Assembly: GCF_964194025.1 (NCBI RefSeq)
Contig: NC_134475.1
Location: forward strand, 67,518,001-67,582,000
Length of the DNA stretch: 64,000 nt
Source of the DNA: Convolutriloba macropyga
Lineage: Eukaryota
Direction of reading: 5' to 3'
Below are positions 52,201 through 60,721 of the stretch, piece after piece. Numbering within the stretch: the stretch's first letter is position 1; each line of letters begins with the position of its first letter. A program made the position numbers and the translations under genes. The notes beneath the pieces are model-generated. The model saw nothing but the letters and a program-made list of their open reading frames with translations. It did not search any database and was not told the origin of the DNA.

Positions 52201-55200
52201 TTTCTCTGACAATTTTGAACTTAAATTTGAGCAATTCGTATTCAGGCAATTCCGTGGCCAGATAAAACAGAAGTTTTTATAACACTTGACTAACTTGTTG
52301 CTTGGCTTTATAAAGATAACTTTGAAACAGCCTACTGAAAATAGAAGGGATATAGACTGTTGAGACCCTTGGGTAAAAAGACAGGGACCAAAAGCAAAGG
52401 TGAAAAAAAACTTTGCTTTCAAATTCTATTCCTAAATTTCCATCATATTTTAAACGTTAACATCCTTCAGGTGATAGAGCTTAATGTCAATTCTGTAAAG
52501 TGTCTTAATAATGTAATATCAAAAAAATCATCAACTGCTTTACACAAAACTCAACACGAAACTTCTCCAGTGCGATAGAAGTCAGTGCAAAAAGTCATAT
52601 TTTGATTCCTGGGTGACTGATCGAATGGTCGCAACAAATAAACGGCACGATTAAAAACACCGCGATGAAACAAGCAGTAGCCTCACTTTCGCATCGCGTC
52701 TATTATTCAAGCGTTTGAATTTGGGACTTTTTATTGTGTTTAAACTCAGAGTCATACACTATAACACCGTATTGAAAGACTGCTTGTACAAAAAGTCAAT
52801 ACGCTTTCATCATTTGATATTTCTGTGAAAATTTCTTGAATAAGTCTGTAAAGCATATCGCAAAACAATTTATCTAGTACTCCGTGCTGTTAAATTGCTC
52901 TTTGAAAATCAACTGATAAACAATTATTCCCCGACATTTAATTTCAGTTTGATTTCCTGCGCCGCGAACTATTAGGCAATTACCTCAATATTTTCGAGAA
53001 ATCTGGAAAAATTGTGTCCGACATTTAGATTATTGAGACAGAAAACTTCGGGTTCAATACTTCAGTTTAACTTCAGGATCGCTTATTTCATGAAAACTCC
53101 GGAAGGGTCTATTTACAACTAGAATTAATTTTTCCAGTGATTCTTTATTCACAGACACACACATCCTCACATACACAGGAACAAATAAACAAACACACAC
53201 TTGCACGCAATTATTCAAAAAGCGAAAACATTGGAATAAGAAAAGCAATCCTGTTCCTGTGTTGCAGATAGAAATTTTAAATCCACAATGTTCTCTTCCC
53301 GTTGATTAAATCATATGTCAACTATACCTTTTTCTGAAGAACTTGCTCCAACTGTTGTTGAGATGTCTTCAATTGCATCAACTGATTTGAACTTGTTTTG
53401 TGCTCCTCCTGACTCTGTCTAAAATTTCAAAGAATAAAAAAAGACTGTCCATTTCAGTTGAGAAAGAGAAGAGAATTTGTCTCACTTGAAATAGTCGGTG
53501 AATGTGGCCACTTTGTTTGTCAATTCTTCCACATTCTCCTGTAGTTTCGAATTCAACTTCTCAAGTTCTGCATTCCGTGCTCTTAGGGTCATGTAAGAGT
53601 TAGCTACATTTGCTCCTTGCTCCTGAAACGTCATTCATAATACAAAATCCATTCATAACTACATGGGTAAATTCTTCACTCAAGTCGTTTATTTATAATT
53701 AAACTTTTAACCCCTACCCCAGAGTAGTCTTTGCGCTAATATGAGATGTCAATACCCGCCATCATAATATGTAAATACCCCAAAAAGGTGTGAAAATATC
53801 AATAATGAAGGGTCAAAATCTAGGAGAGGAGGGTGAGGGACGAGAGTTATAATAGTTTTAGTTCTCTGTCCTTGGCGGCTAGGGGTCACACCCTAATGGT
53901 GATCGCTTGAATCGTATGCAAAACTTACATATTGAGCCTTAAGTGTCGTCCTTTCCACTTCGATTTCAGCAGCCTTCTCCTGAAAAAACCCGTTTTTATT
54001 TAAAAAATTGATCAACAGCTGCCGGAAGACAGCCATAATCTTTTACAACGCTTGATTCTTTCGATGTTGAGTTCGATATTACCTTGTACTCTTTCTGCAA
54101 AATATCCAACTCAGTATTTGCAGAAGTGGCCAATTCCAATGCATTGTCTTTTTCCTCAGTCAGAAGTCGGATTTGTTGCTGCAGTGTGGCTGTGAGATGT
54201 GCATTTGACAAGGAAACATTTCCAGCATTAGACAAATTTGCTCCTGTATTAGACTCATTCGCTCCAGGCAAAACTCCTTTTAACTCCAATAGCTCCAACG
54301 AAACTGAATTGATTTCTGCTTGCAACCTGTGAAAAAATCAATCAATTTTTCAAAAAGCGTTACTCGACAAATTCTACCTGATGAACAACTTTGTAAAAAC
54401 GTACACCATTCAACTCGCAAGTTCTTACAATATACGGTCAACCATATTTTGCAAGAAACTTACGTGTGCTCACAAGTTAACAATTCTTCGAAAGAAAACA
54501 GCATATTATTAAAAAAAGTTCACCACCGCGTGAATTGATTCCAAAAAGACAACGCCGCCTTTGCCAACTCTTAATTATCTCATACAAAAAGGAGAAAATC
54601 AACCAAAGGAGAAAAAGTCTCTCAGATAGTCCAGGGAACGAATGTTCTAGAACAAATGTAAAACTAAAAATGATCGACCGACGACCCGAAAGAAAAAACC
54701 AAGAGCAGTAATACAACTTCGTTCGGCTTACATATTCGTAGCCCTATACAAGTCAAAAACACAACCGACTAAACGTCGGAAGAATTACTCTTAAACGACT
54801 AAGGGGGGCTCTAATTAATTGCAGCCTGCTTCAGTCGGGAGGGGGGAGGGAGGGGGGAAGCCTAAATGGGACAAAGAAGTTCAATAGTGGGCTTCATATA
54901 ACCACATTAGAGGTTAACATATACCACTATTAAGATTTAAAGTGAAAATCGGCACCAGTTTTGGCGCACTTTTCATTTGACTTTCAGTATTAAATTGCCG
55001 CCAATTCAATTCAGCTGCTTGAAATTATGATTGAGAGAGAATTTCAGATCGCGCGAAACGCAAAAGGTCATGGGCGTAAAAAATCTCGAAAAGTCAGAAC
55101 CGTCAAGCGCAAATTTTGCATTAAAAAAAGACACGAACGATTACAATAATTGCTATGAACTTCGTTCGAAAGCAATTAAACAGTATATTTCATTTCTATT

Positions 55201-57519
55201 ATCGATCATAAACACAAGCAATTACTTGTTAACACACTTGATAAAACCTCCTCTGGAATATTCCCACGTAATCAAAAGTTCTCAATACCTCGGACACAGA
55301 ACTTTTTATACTTAGATTTCCCGCATCCTCTGAGTTATGTATGGGAAACCACTCTTTCGATCTCACTTCTGTGCTTCTGAATTTTGCTCAGGAGCTTTAC
55401 ATAAACGCTATATTTTTACGCGCAGCTTTCTTTATCAGTCGGTTTAACTAAAACTTAACCAGTTAAAAAACATAACAGGAAGTCCGGAAACACGTCGAAC
55501 ACGGTTTCGGAATTTAAATATTTATAGATATTTAGATTTATAGTTATTAAATCAACAAAAAGAGCCAAGAAATCAAATTATTCTACCTAAGTAGGAAAAT
55601 TTAATTAAATTTTCATATAATTGAAGTACAAATACAAAAAAAATCGAGACGAAATTGCTCACACAATAATAAGCAAGTCGAAAAAACCTTAAAAAATCTC
55701 TTTCTTTGACGAAAAGGGAAAAAACTGTCGAGAATAACAATTGTAAATATACAATTCGCCATCAAAAAATGCTTGCAATTATTGGACTTCAAATTACTTC
55801 CAAAAATAGCCTCCAAATCCGCACAAGAGTTGAAAAACATTCTATTTAACGTAAAACTCTTTTTAATTACTCTTTTTAATGACCGTCTGACGAGCAGAAA
55901 GAGAATACTGAAGAGCAGTAATAAAACTACCTTTGGCTTACATACTCCGATGTTTTGAACATCATCCTCACAAGTGCGCTTGAAGATGTGCCGCAGACTG
56001 AATGCGCTGAGTTGCACAATGATAATTACGCATTTACTTCTCGCAACATCCGTAAGTGAAAACGATGCTTCATTTAAAAAAAACTTGTCTAGGAGCTCGA
56101 TCTGTGGATCAAGTGCAAATTCTTTGAGGCAAGGGCACTAGGTTCTCAAGTATGGACGCCTAGGAGCGGGCAACCGCTCCCAGGATCCATACACACTGTA
56201 CACAGTGTGTATGAAAATTATTTCGGAATGAGAGCAAATTAGATCACTCGAAAATGAGCAACTCAAGCGTATAAAAAAAGTCTCTAGTCTCTTAAGAAGT
56301 CAAAAAAGTTTAGAAAAGCGCAAAGACGTTCAAGCAAAAATTTTGAATTCAAAAGAAGGTATCAGGAGAATAGCCACTCTCTTTTCTCCGCTCACCTAAT
56401 TTGTCCTCCAAAACAACTTAATCAAAAATTCATTCATGTAAAACCTGACTTAAGACAAGCCTCAGCTCACAAACACTTTTCATTAGAATTTTTAATTGAA
56501 TGAACAAAAACAAGAAGAATCTGAAGGAATAAGAAAAAGAACAAATAGAAAATCAAAATCCAATTTTTTAAAACATTCTGTGATTTTCAGAATATTTCGC
56601 AAGAAAACTTATGATATCAATTGTTCTGCATCCATTTATAGCAAAAAAACAGACACTCAACAAGCATAGTCGAAAATCACACAATGCCTAACAATTTTTC
56701 TATTATTTAAATAAAGCCTGGCCTTTCAAACATGGGAGTGTGTATGAATATTTTGACAAGACAAACTGAACCCTAGTTTCAGGCCTCTTAAGAAAACAGG
56801 CCTCACTTTAAAATAACCTGAATAATTTAATGACAAAAAAGAGAACAAACGATTCCGGTCAAAAAATCCTTTAGGCTATAATAACAGAGGGGAAAACAGG
56901 GAAAACAAGACTGCTATAATTATCGAAAATGGTAATGAATAGCTCAAAAACCCTTAAATCGCTCAAAATACCATCAAATCTTATAAAAGCTTAAAATGGG
57001 AAAAAACAGACGTACAATTAATTGCTAAGACGTTTGGATCAACCTCTTGGACTAGAAAAAATGAGATAAAACGAAAAACTTTCAAAATACAGAACAAGAA
57101 ATTTTGCTCGTTAGAAAATATCTTTACAACGGTTCTCGCGTTGTAGAGCTAACGTTAATTTTAGATTTTACTCTGACAACTGAACTACAGGTGAGACCGT
57201 TTTTTCAACTTACTTTGTATTTTCTTCTGTTTTCTGCGACAGTTTGGCGCGCAATTGCAGAACACTGACCTGAATATAAAATGAAAGCATTCAATGCAGT
57301 AAAGCAACAGAAAATAGAAATTGCTTCACTCACTAACCCGAGCTTCTTCAACTGAGGCTTGCAAGCTATAGATCTGCTCTTCATACTTGCTTTGCAACGG
57401 CAACAACACCCTAAAATGAACCACATGTACCGGACGATGGACACTTATCAAGAAAATCAAGAAAATTTACTCAAATACCCCGGATCAGACAGCCATGGGA
57501 CTCCCTCACTTGCGTTCAT
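19172..57519 (-). CDS. SCLT1: Sodium channel and clathrin linker 1 (centriole distal appendage coiled-coil protein); 16 coding exons, 2058 nt, 685 aa
   Basis: All 15 introns are GT-AG and phase-compatible. Collinear similarity to human SCLT1 recalled from memory: VLLPLQSKYEEQI~FLAPLVTEYDKHL; LQQQIRLLTEEKDNALEL~LQEQLQLANQEKTQAVEL; EKTRREVEAVRVLCN~IRTKKEVANTKKQCN; VERVFREKKLVENELEK~IERVIKEKKAVEEELEK; WREQS~WKEET. Confidence 0.88.
19289..19730 (-). mobile_element. Helentron/DINE-1-like non-autonomous element, family A (diverged copy)
   Basis: aatgctcttaagcga ... ttcgtttgagagca inverted pair; G-run centre; body shared with 40240-40667. Confidence 0.6.
19968..20155 (-). CDS. SCLT1: SCLT1 exon 15 (MEKQYCK...RINNT)
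   Basis: gtttag acceptor, gttagc donor (an alternative GT lies 3 nt away), 188 nt. Confidence 0.8.
20284..20422 (-). CDS. SCLT1: SCLT1 exon 14 (WREQSNT...KKAE)
   Basis: gacag acceptor, gtaata donor, 139 nt. Confidence 0.87.
20687..20823 (-). CDS. SCLT1: SCLT1 exon 13 (VASAEQDLE...QQLGA)
   Basis: cttag acceptor, gttagt donor, 137 nt. Confidence 0.85.
20860..21380 (+). mobile_element. LINE reverse transcriptase remnant
   Basis: IPLFK...ANRYRPMSLLP..LKIFEK; SQFRFR; IDLRKPFDKVDH; KGVAQ. Confidence 0.75.
21632..21789 (+). repeat. 5' LTR of BEL/Pao element 2
   Basis: Identical to 31826-31983. Confidence 0.95.
22500..24060 (+). repeat. Tandem array, ~175-bp period, ~9 units, in the leader of element 2
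   Basis: Unit starts (caagaaaacctattgattgggccccctcagt) at ~22591, 22766, 22938, 23112, 23286, 23461, 23636, 23813, 23986. Confidence 0.95.
24998..31659 (+). pseudogene. Disrupted gag-pol of BEL/Pao element 2
   Basis: ORFs 24998-27115 (DUF1759), 27134-29920 (knuckles, DPGS, YMDD, HVFVDAS), 30125-30544, 30520-31659 (integrase); TGATGA at 27113, TGA at 29918, frameshift near 30480. Confidence 0.92.
31826..31983 (+). repeat. 3' LTR of BEL/Pao element 2
   Basis: Identical to 21632-21789, followed by the TSD TGCAC. Confidence 0.95.
33700..33860 (+). mobile_element. Small LINE RT remnant
   Basis: NYADGIAL (YADD-like) and WIDSKKLTLDINETYCI (W...NKL.LN..KT-like). Confidence 0.45.
34153..34225 (-). 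mobile_element. Minimal 73-bp family C Helentron-like element (ends only)
   Basis: catagcccccagattgccg...cagctgccgttga joined almost directly to gatgagggcggctatt. Confidence 0.55.
34631..35178 (-). mobile_element. Helentron/DINE-1-like element, family B (complete), followed by a truncated tandem copy 35184-~35535
   Basis: catag-CAGGAC aa GTCCTG hairpin, subTIR tacaattcaaagaattt ... aaattctttgaattgta, flanked by A runs. Confidence 0.7.
35735..35927 (-). CDS. SCLT1: SCLT1 exon 12 (SDAQISNLE...KAAKS)
   Basis: ttttcag acceptor, gttagt donor, 193 nt. Confidence 0.85.
36898..37218 (-). mobile_element. Family A Helentron-like element (diverged)
   Basis: ccgactaacatcg-aactgctcccaaac ... tttgttccagagcaat. 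Confidence 0.5.
38190..38980 (-). mobile_element. Nested cluster of family C and B Helentron-like fragments
   Basis: C terminus aatagccccagctatcgctgtgcggctatt twice (ending 38526 and ~38853); B terminus at 38803. Confidence 0.6.
39048..39235 (-). CDS. SCLT1: SCLT1 exon 11 (VERVFREKK...SVQA)
   Basis: actag acceptor, gtgagt donor, 188 nt. Confidence 0.88.
39479..39675. repeat. 23-bp minisatellite (6 units) ending in a 41-bp-arm foldback
   Basis: (tacattagtttaactttgaaaac)n; 39590-39630 is the reverse complement of 39635-39675. Confidence 0.9.
39901..40062 (-). CDS. SCLT1: SCLT1 exon 10 (IEKLRDE...EKQSE)
   Basis: tttcag acceptor, gttatt donor, 162 nt. Confidence 0.88.
40240..40667 (-). mobile_element. 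Helentron/DINE-1-like element, family A (complete)
   Basis: cataa-CCGAC taac GTCGG hairpin; subTIR aattgctctcaaacga / tcgtttgagagcaatt; A-run flanks. Confidence 0.72.
41440..41990 (+). mobile_element. Highly decayed LINE RT remnant
   Basis: LLDLSKA; LKLNADKIDLIVF. Confidence 0.5.
42286..43290 (-). mobile_element. Family C element (42286-42852) plus a family B fragment and a further C terminus
   Basis: catagccggcagatggccg...gaggcggctatt; body homologous to 51329-51856; B body 42860-43240. Confidence 0.62.
43437..43901 (-). mobile_element. Family C Helentron-like element carrying a tRNA-like sequence
   Basis: CCGGCA gat TGCCGG hairpin; subTIR atagctgcgaa / ttcgcagctat. Confidence 0.7.
43594..43665 (-). 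pseudogene. tRNA-like sequence (GTT anticodon loop, Asn-like); pseudogene or SINE-type Pol III head
   Basis: Reverse complement GGTCCGACAGCCGAGTGGTTAAGGCGACTGGCTGTTAATCCGGAGATCGCCGGTTCGAGAC: A and B boxes present, acceptor and T stems do not pair well. Confidence 0.6.
44197..44320 (-). CDS. SCLT1: SCLT1 exon 9 (DVLEMRE...QKNEE)
   Basis: gtttag acceptor, gtaaca donor, 124 nt. Confidence 0.88.
44452..44635 (-). mobile_element. Short, internally deleted family A element
   Basis: gaattgctctgaaacga ... ttcgctcgagatcaa; gaggacgaaaagtcaaa body. Confidence 0.55.
44960..47800 (-). mobile_element. Nested composite: family C element interrupted by two tandem family B elements (45384-45860, 45863-47746), the second containing a ~1.2-kb unrelated insert
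   Basis: C sequence gcgtcagacaacgaaacaaaaaa resumes as ccaagag at 47751; B ends recognisable. Confidence 0.6.
47877..48055 (-). CDS. SCLT1: SCLT1 exon 8 (TMEAKRASEGE...QLRKD)
   Basis: ttttag acceptor, gtgagc donor, 179 nt. Confidence 0.85.
48156..48630. repeat. 45-bp inverted repeat pair enclosing ~385 bp
   Basis: aatttataacaaatttgtaatgaatgaataatcttctgaatatct (48156-48200) vs the reverse complement of 48586-48630, about 3 mismatches. Confidence 0.75.
48640..50000 (-). mobile_element. Decayed LINE RT and C-terminus remnant
   Basis: ENNLPSRTQFCFRSK; ITTALDLS..DSINH; (Y)LGLYIDS; LNALVISQLH. Confidence 0.7.
51329..51856 (-). mobile_element. Family C Helentron-like element (complete)
   Basis: catac-CCGGCA gat TGCCGG; subTIR aatagccgcc / ggcggctatt. 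Confidence 0.72.
53328..53418 (-). CDS. SCLT1: SCLT1 exon 7 (QSQEEHK...VLQKK)
   Basis: ttttag acceptor, gtatag donor, 91 nt. Confidence 0.8.
53486..53622 (-). CDS. SCLT1: SCLT1 exon 6 (EQGANVANS...TFTDYF)
   Basis: tttcag acceptor, gtgaga donor, 137 nt. Confidence 0.82.
53929..53979 (-). CDS. SCLT1: SCLT1 exon 5 (EKAAEIEVERTTLKAQY)
   Basis: tttcag acceptor, gtaagt donor, 51 nt. Confidence 0.8.
54083..54326 (-). CDS. SCLT1: SCLT1 exon 4 (LQAEINS...LQKEYK)
   Basis: ttcacag acceptor, gtaata donor, 244 nt. Confidence 0.88.
54760..55177 (-). mobile_element. Family A Helentron-like element
   Basis: CCGAC taaac GTCGG; aattactcttaaacga / tcgttcgaaagcaatt; G-run centre. Confidence 0.65.
57214..57269 (-). 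CDS. SCLT1: SCLT1 exon 3 (VSVLQLRAKLSQKTEENT)
   Basis: ttcag acceptor, gtaagt donor, 56 nt. Confidence 0.8.
57338..57410 (-). CDS. SCLT1: SCLT1 exon 2 (VLLPLQSKYEEQIYSLQASVEEAR)
   Basis: ttttag acceptor, gttagt donor, 73 nt. Confidence 0.8.
57479..57519 (-). CDS. SCLT1: SCLT1 coding exon 1 (MNASEGVPWLSDP)
   Basis: ATG at 57519 with an in-frame TGA just upstream; donor GTATTT; phase 2 fits the next exon. Confidence 0.65.
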
Positions 57520-58039
57520 ATTTCACCATCCAGGTTCTGAAAACACCAACCAGTATTAGCTGCCATTCTATAAAAACCTTTAGATCTATTGTTTTGCCCC
57601 CCCCCAACTTAGTTGGATGATAATTTTTAAGCCCCCCCCCCGGCGCTCGTGCTATTTTTTACATAGTAACGTGCTATATAATAACACAATTTGTAACTGG
57701 GGCGTAAAAAACACGGGGGATCCAAACCTTTACTTCTCTATCATTTGAAATTAATGTATCCTTCATATCATTGCGGCAAATTACCATTGTACATCCAAGC
57801 CTAGTGACCGTAGAACCAAAAGCTTGCTTGGCTTTCGAGCCCTTCTTCGAGCTCAGTGGGCTTATATCTTTTACTCAGGTGCTAAGAAAACAGTCAGGCG
57901 GACCTTGATCAACACATTTGTTCTGCAATTGATAAACTACTCTGCACGAAAAGCTATGTCGCATATGCCATTTGTGTAGATATCAACCACTACGATACGT
58001 CGGTTATTTCTAGGAGTTGCAGTTTAGAGCTTCCTTTGA

Positions 58040-58160
58040 ACAATCCTACACGTGGTAGCAATGTTCTGGATGCTTTCCTGTCTAGCGACATCAGCTTTTT
58101 TACCAATCAAAGCATTTCCTCCCCGACTACTCCCACGGATCACATTGCTGCAAAGATTGA
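58040..58160 (+). mobile_element. LINE APE endonuclease scrap (duplicated at ~60200-60322)
   Basis: NNPTRGSNVLDAFLS...TDH motif. Confidence 0.55.
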
Positions 58161-58559
58161 GATTCCGCTCAAACATATTGCCAAACGTGTTTGACTTTTG
58201 AAATTCAAAAAGTGTTCAGGTACATGTTAATTCTGTCAGCCCAACATGTTAAAATTTTGTCAACCCCAACAAGTAAAAAATAACAGATCTTTAATTGGCC
58301 CAAAAAGACGAGAGAAAGCAAAATTTCGTAATTTTCTGAAATGTTGCAGACAGGATGGCTCATATTTTAGCAGCCAGCTCACTCCGTCACGCGGAAAAAC
58401 AAGTTCAATACAGTGAAAAGAAGGAACCCCTGACAAAAACGACAACAGTACCTGGACTTTCTTTCAACCCCAATACAAAGAATTGGTTGAAAAACGCACA
58501 GAATGTTCTGGCCAAGAGCCGATTGAGCACAAGGACTGACATAGTTTATTGGCATGATC

Positions 58560-59697
58560 TAATATCCTTAGTGCCAGTCAGTTTGAGGCTCGTAACGGCG
58601 AAAGTGATAATCTAACAATAAAAAGCAATTAAAAGCAGTTTGCACCAACTACTGAAACATGGAAAGATAAGTGAAAGATTTCACAGGCTCAGGAAAATTG
58701 GATTGAAACCGGCCAGGCTTTATAAACTTGCTAAAGTACATAAAAACGGTACACTGCTTCGGCCCGTTTTGTCAATTCCCGGCAGCAGTTACGAGAACCT
58801 CAATAAATTTCTGTCTCCCCCTTTTTCAGAGCTTCCAGTTGCAAATATTGAGACTAACTCGTAGGATGCGAGCCACTTAAGAGGCTACCAAATTGGATGC
58901 AGATGAGCTAGTGGTATCTCTCGATGTTAAAAGCTTGTACACAAATTTACCGGTTGAGGAGGCAGTTGAAATAGCTCTTAAAGTTTAAAGCACTATACTC
59001 TAGTGACGAGGTTCCTGAGATTCCGAGGTCAGCTATGAAGAACCTTTTTAGACTAGTCGTAATGAATGTTCACATTAAGTGTAAAACAACGTGGTACGCT
59101 CAAACGGACGGTTTAGCAATGGGTGCTTCGCTGGCGGTAATATTGGCAAGTTTGTGGATAAACGATTCTGAGAAATCCTTGCAGAAACCAAATGAGGGAA
59201 TGGAGAACAAAATTCCTGACATGAGGAAAGTGTGTATTGGTAACACGTTACTTCGCGAGGAAAAGGAGTTGAGTGCGAGTCATGTAAAAACTGGTTCCAT
59301 GCAAAATTCCCAGGTATCAATCACTAACATTGAGTATAACAAATTGCAGGAAATTGATGGATCTGGTCCTATTGTGCAGAAAAATGTCTGACAGAGGACA
59401 CACAGGAATGGAATTTTTCTAGAGGTGTGTGGATGACATGGTGTGCATTGTCAAGGGGAACCCTCTAGATTAACCTGAGTATGCAAATTCTCTTCACAAT
59501 AACCTACAATTCACTCTTGAGACACCCAACGATAGTTGAGACCTGGTATTCCAACATCTAAAAATGAAAGCAAACAAATATAGGATAATTAGCTGTTTTT
59601 CGAATCAAAAACCGACAAATTTTGGGCATAATCTTAAATTTCCGTAGCTGTGCAACATTACAACAAAAGAAAAATGTGATTCAAGGGACTGTGTATC
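58560..59697 (+). mobile_element. Penelope-like element RT fragment (duplicate copy, no endonuclease)
   Basis: PARLYKLAKVHK..LRPVLS; SLDVKSLYTNLP; QTDGLAMGASL; VDD. Confidence 0.88.
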
Positions 59698-60721
59698 CAG
59701 GTTCTGAAAACACCAACCAGTATTAGCTGCCATTCTATAAAAACCTTTAGATCTATTGTTTTGCCCCCCCCAACTTAGTTGGCTGATAATTTTTAAGCCC
59801 CCCGGCGCTCGTGCTATTTTTTACATAGTAACGTGCTATATAATAACACAATTTGTAACTGGGGCGTAAAAAACACGGGGGATTCAAACCCTTACTTCTC
59901 TATCTTTTGAAATTAATGTATCCTTCATATCATTGCGGCAAATTACCATTGTACATCCAAGCCTAGTGACCGTAGAACCAAGAGCTTGCTTGGCTTTCGA
60001 GCCCTTCTTTGAGATCAGTGGGCTTATATCTTTTACTCAGGTGCTAAGAAAACAGTCAGGCGGACCTTGATCAACACATTTGTTCTGCAATTGATAAACT
60101 ACTCTGCACGAAAAGCTATGTCGCATATGCCATTTGTGGAGATATCAACCACTACGATACGTCGGTTATTTCTAGAAGTTGCAGTTTAGAGCTTCCTTTG
60201 AACAATCCTACACGTGGTAGCAATGTTCTGGATGATTTCCTGTCTAGCGACTTCAGCTTTTTTTACCAATCAAAGCATTTCCTCCCCGACTACTCCCACG
60301 TATCACATTGCTGCAAAAATTGAGATTCCGCTCAAAGATATTGCCAAATGTGTTTGACTTTTGAATGTCAAAAAGTGTTCAGGTACATGTTAATTCTGTC
60401 AGCCCAACATATTATAATTTTGTCAACCCCAACAAGTAAAAAGTAACAGATCTTTAATTGGCCCAAAAAGGCGAGAGAAAGCAAAATTTCGTAATTTTCT
60501 GAAATGTTGCAGACAGGATGGCTCATATTCTAGCAGCCAGCTCACTCCGTCACGCGGTAAAGCAAGTTCAATACAGTGAAAAGAAGGAACCCTTGACAAA
60601 AACAACAACAGTACCTGGAATTTCTTTCAACCCCAATACAAAGAATTGGTGGAAAAAAGCACAGAATGTTCTGGCCAAGAGCCGATTGAGCACAAGGACT
60701 GACATAGTTTATTGGCATGAT

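Noticed and set aside
55320-55410. Minus-strand KLLSKIQKHRSEIERVV as an extra SCLT1 exon
   Set aside because: It runs into a stop without a fitting donor, and exons 3 and 4 already join in phase.
58355-58615. 86-aa ORF (duplicated at 60518-60778) as a divergent host gene
   Set aside because: No recognisable domain or clear splice structure, and its end overlaps Penelope sequence in another frame.
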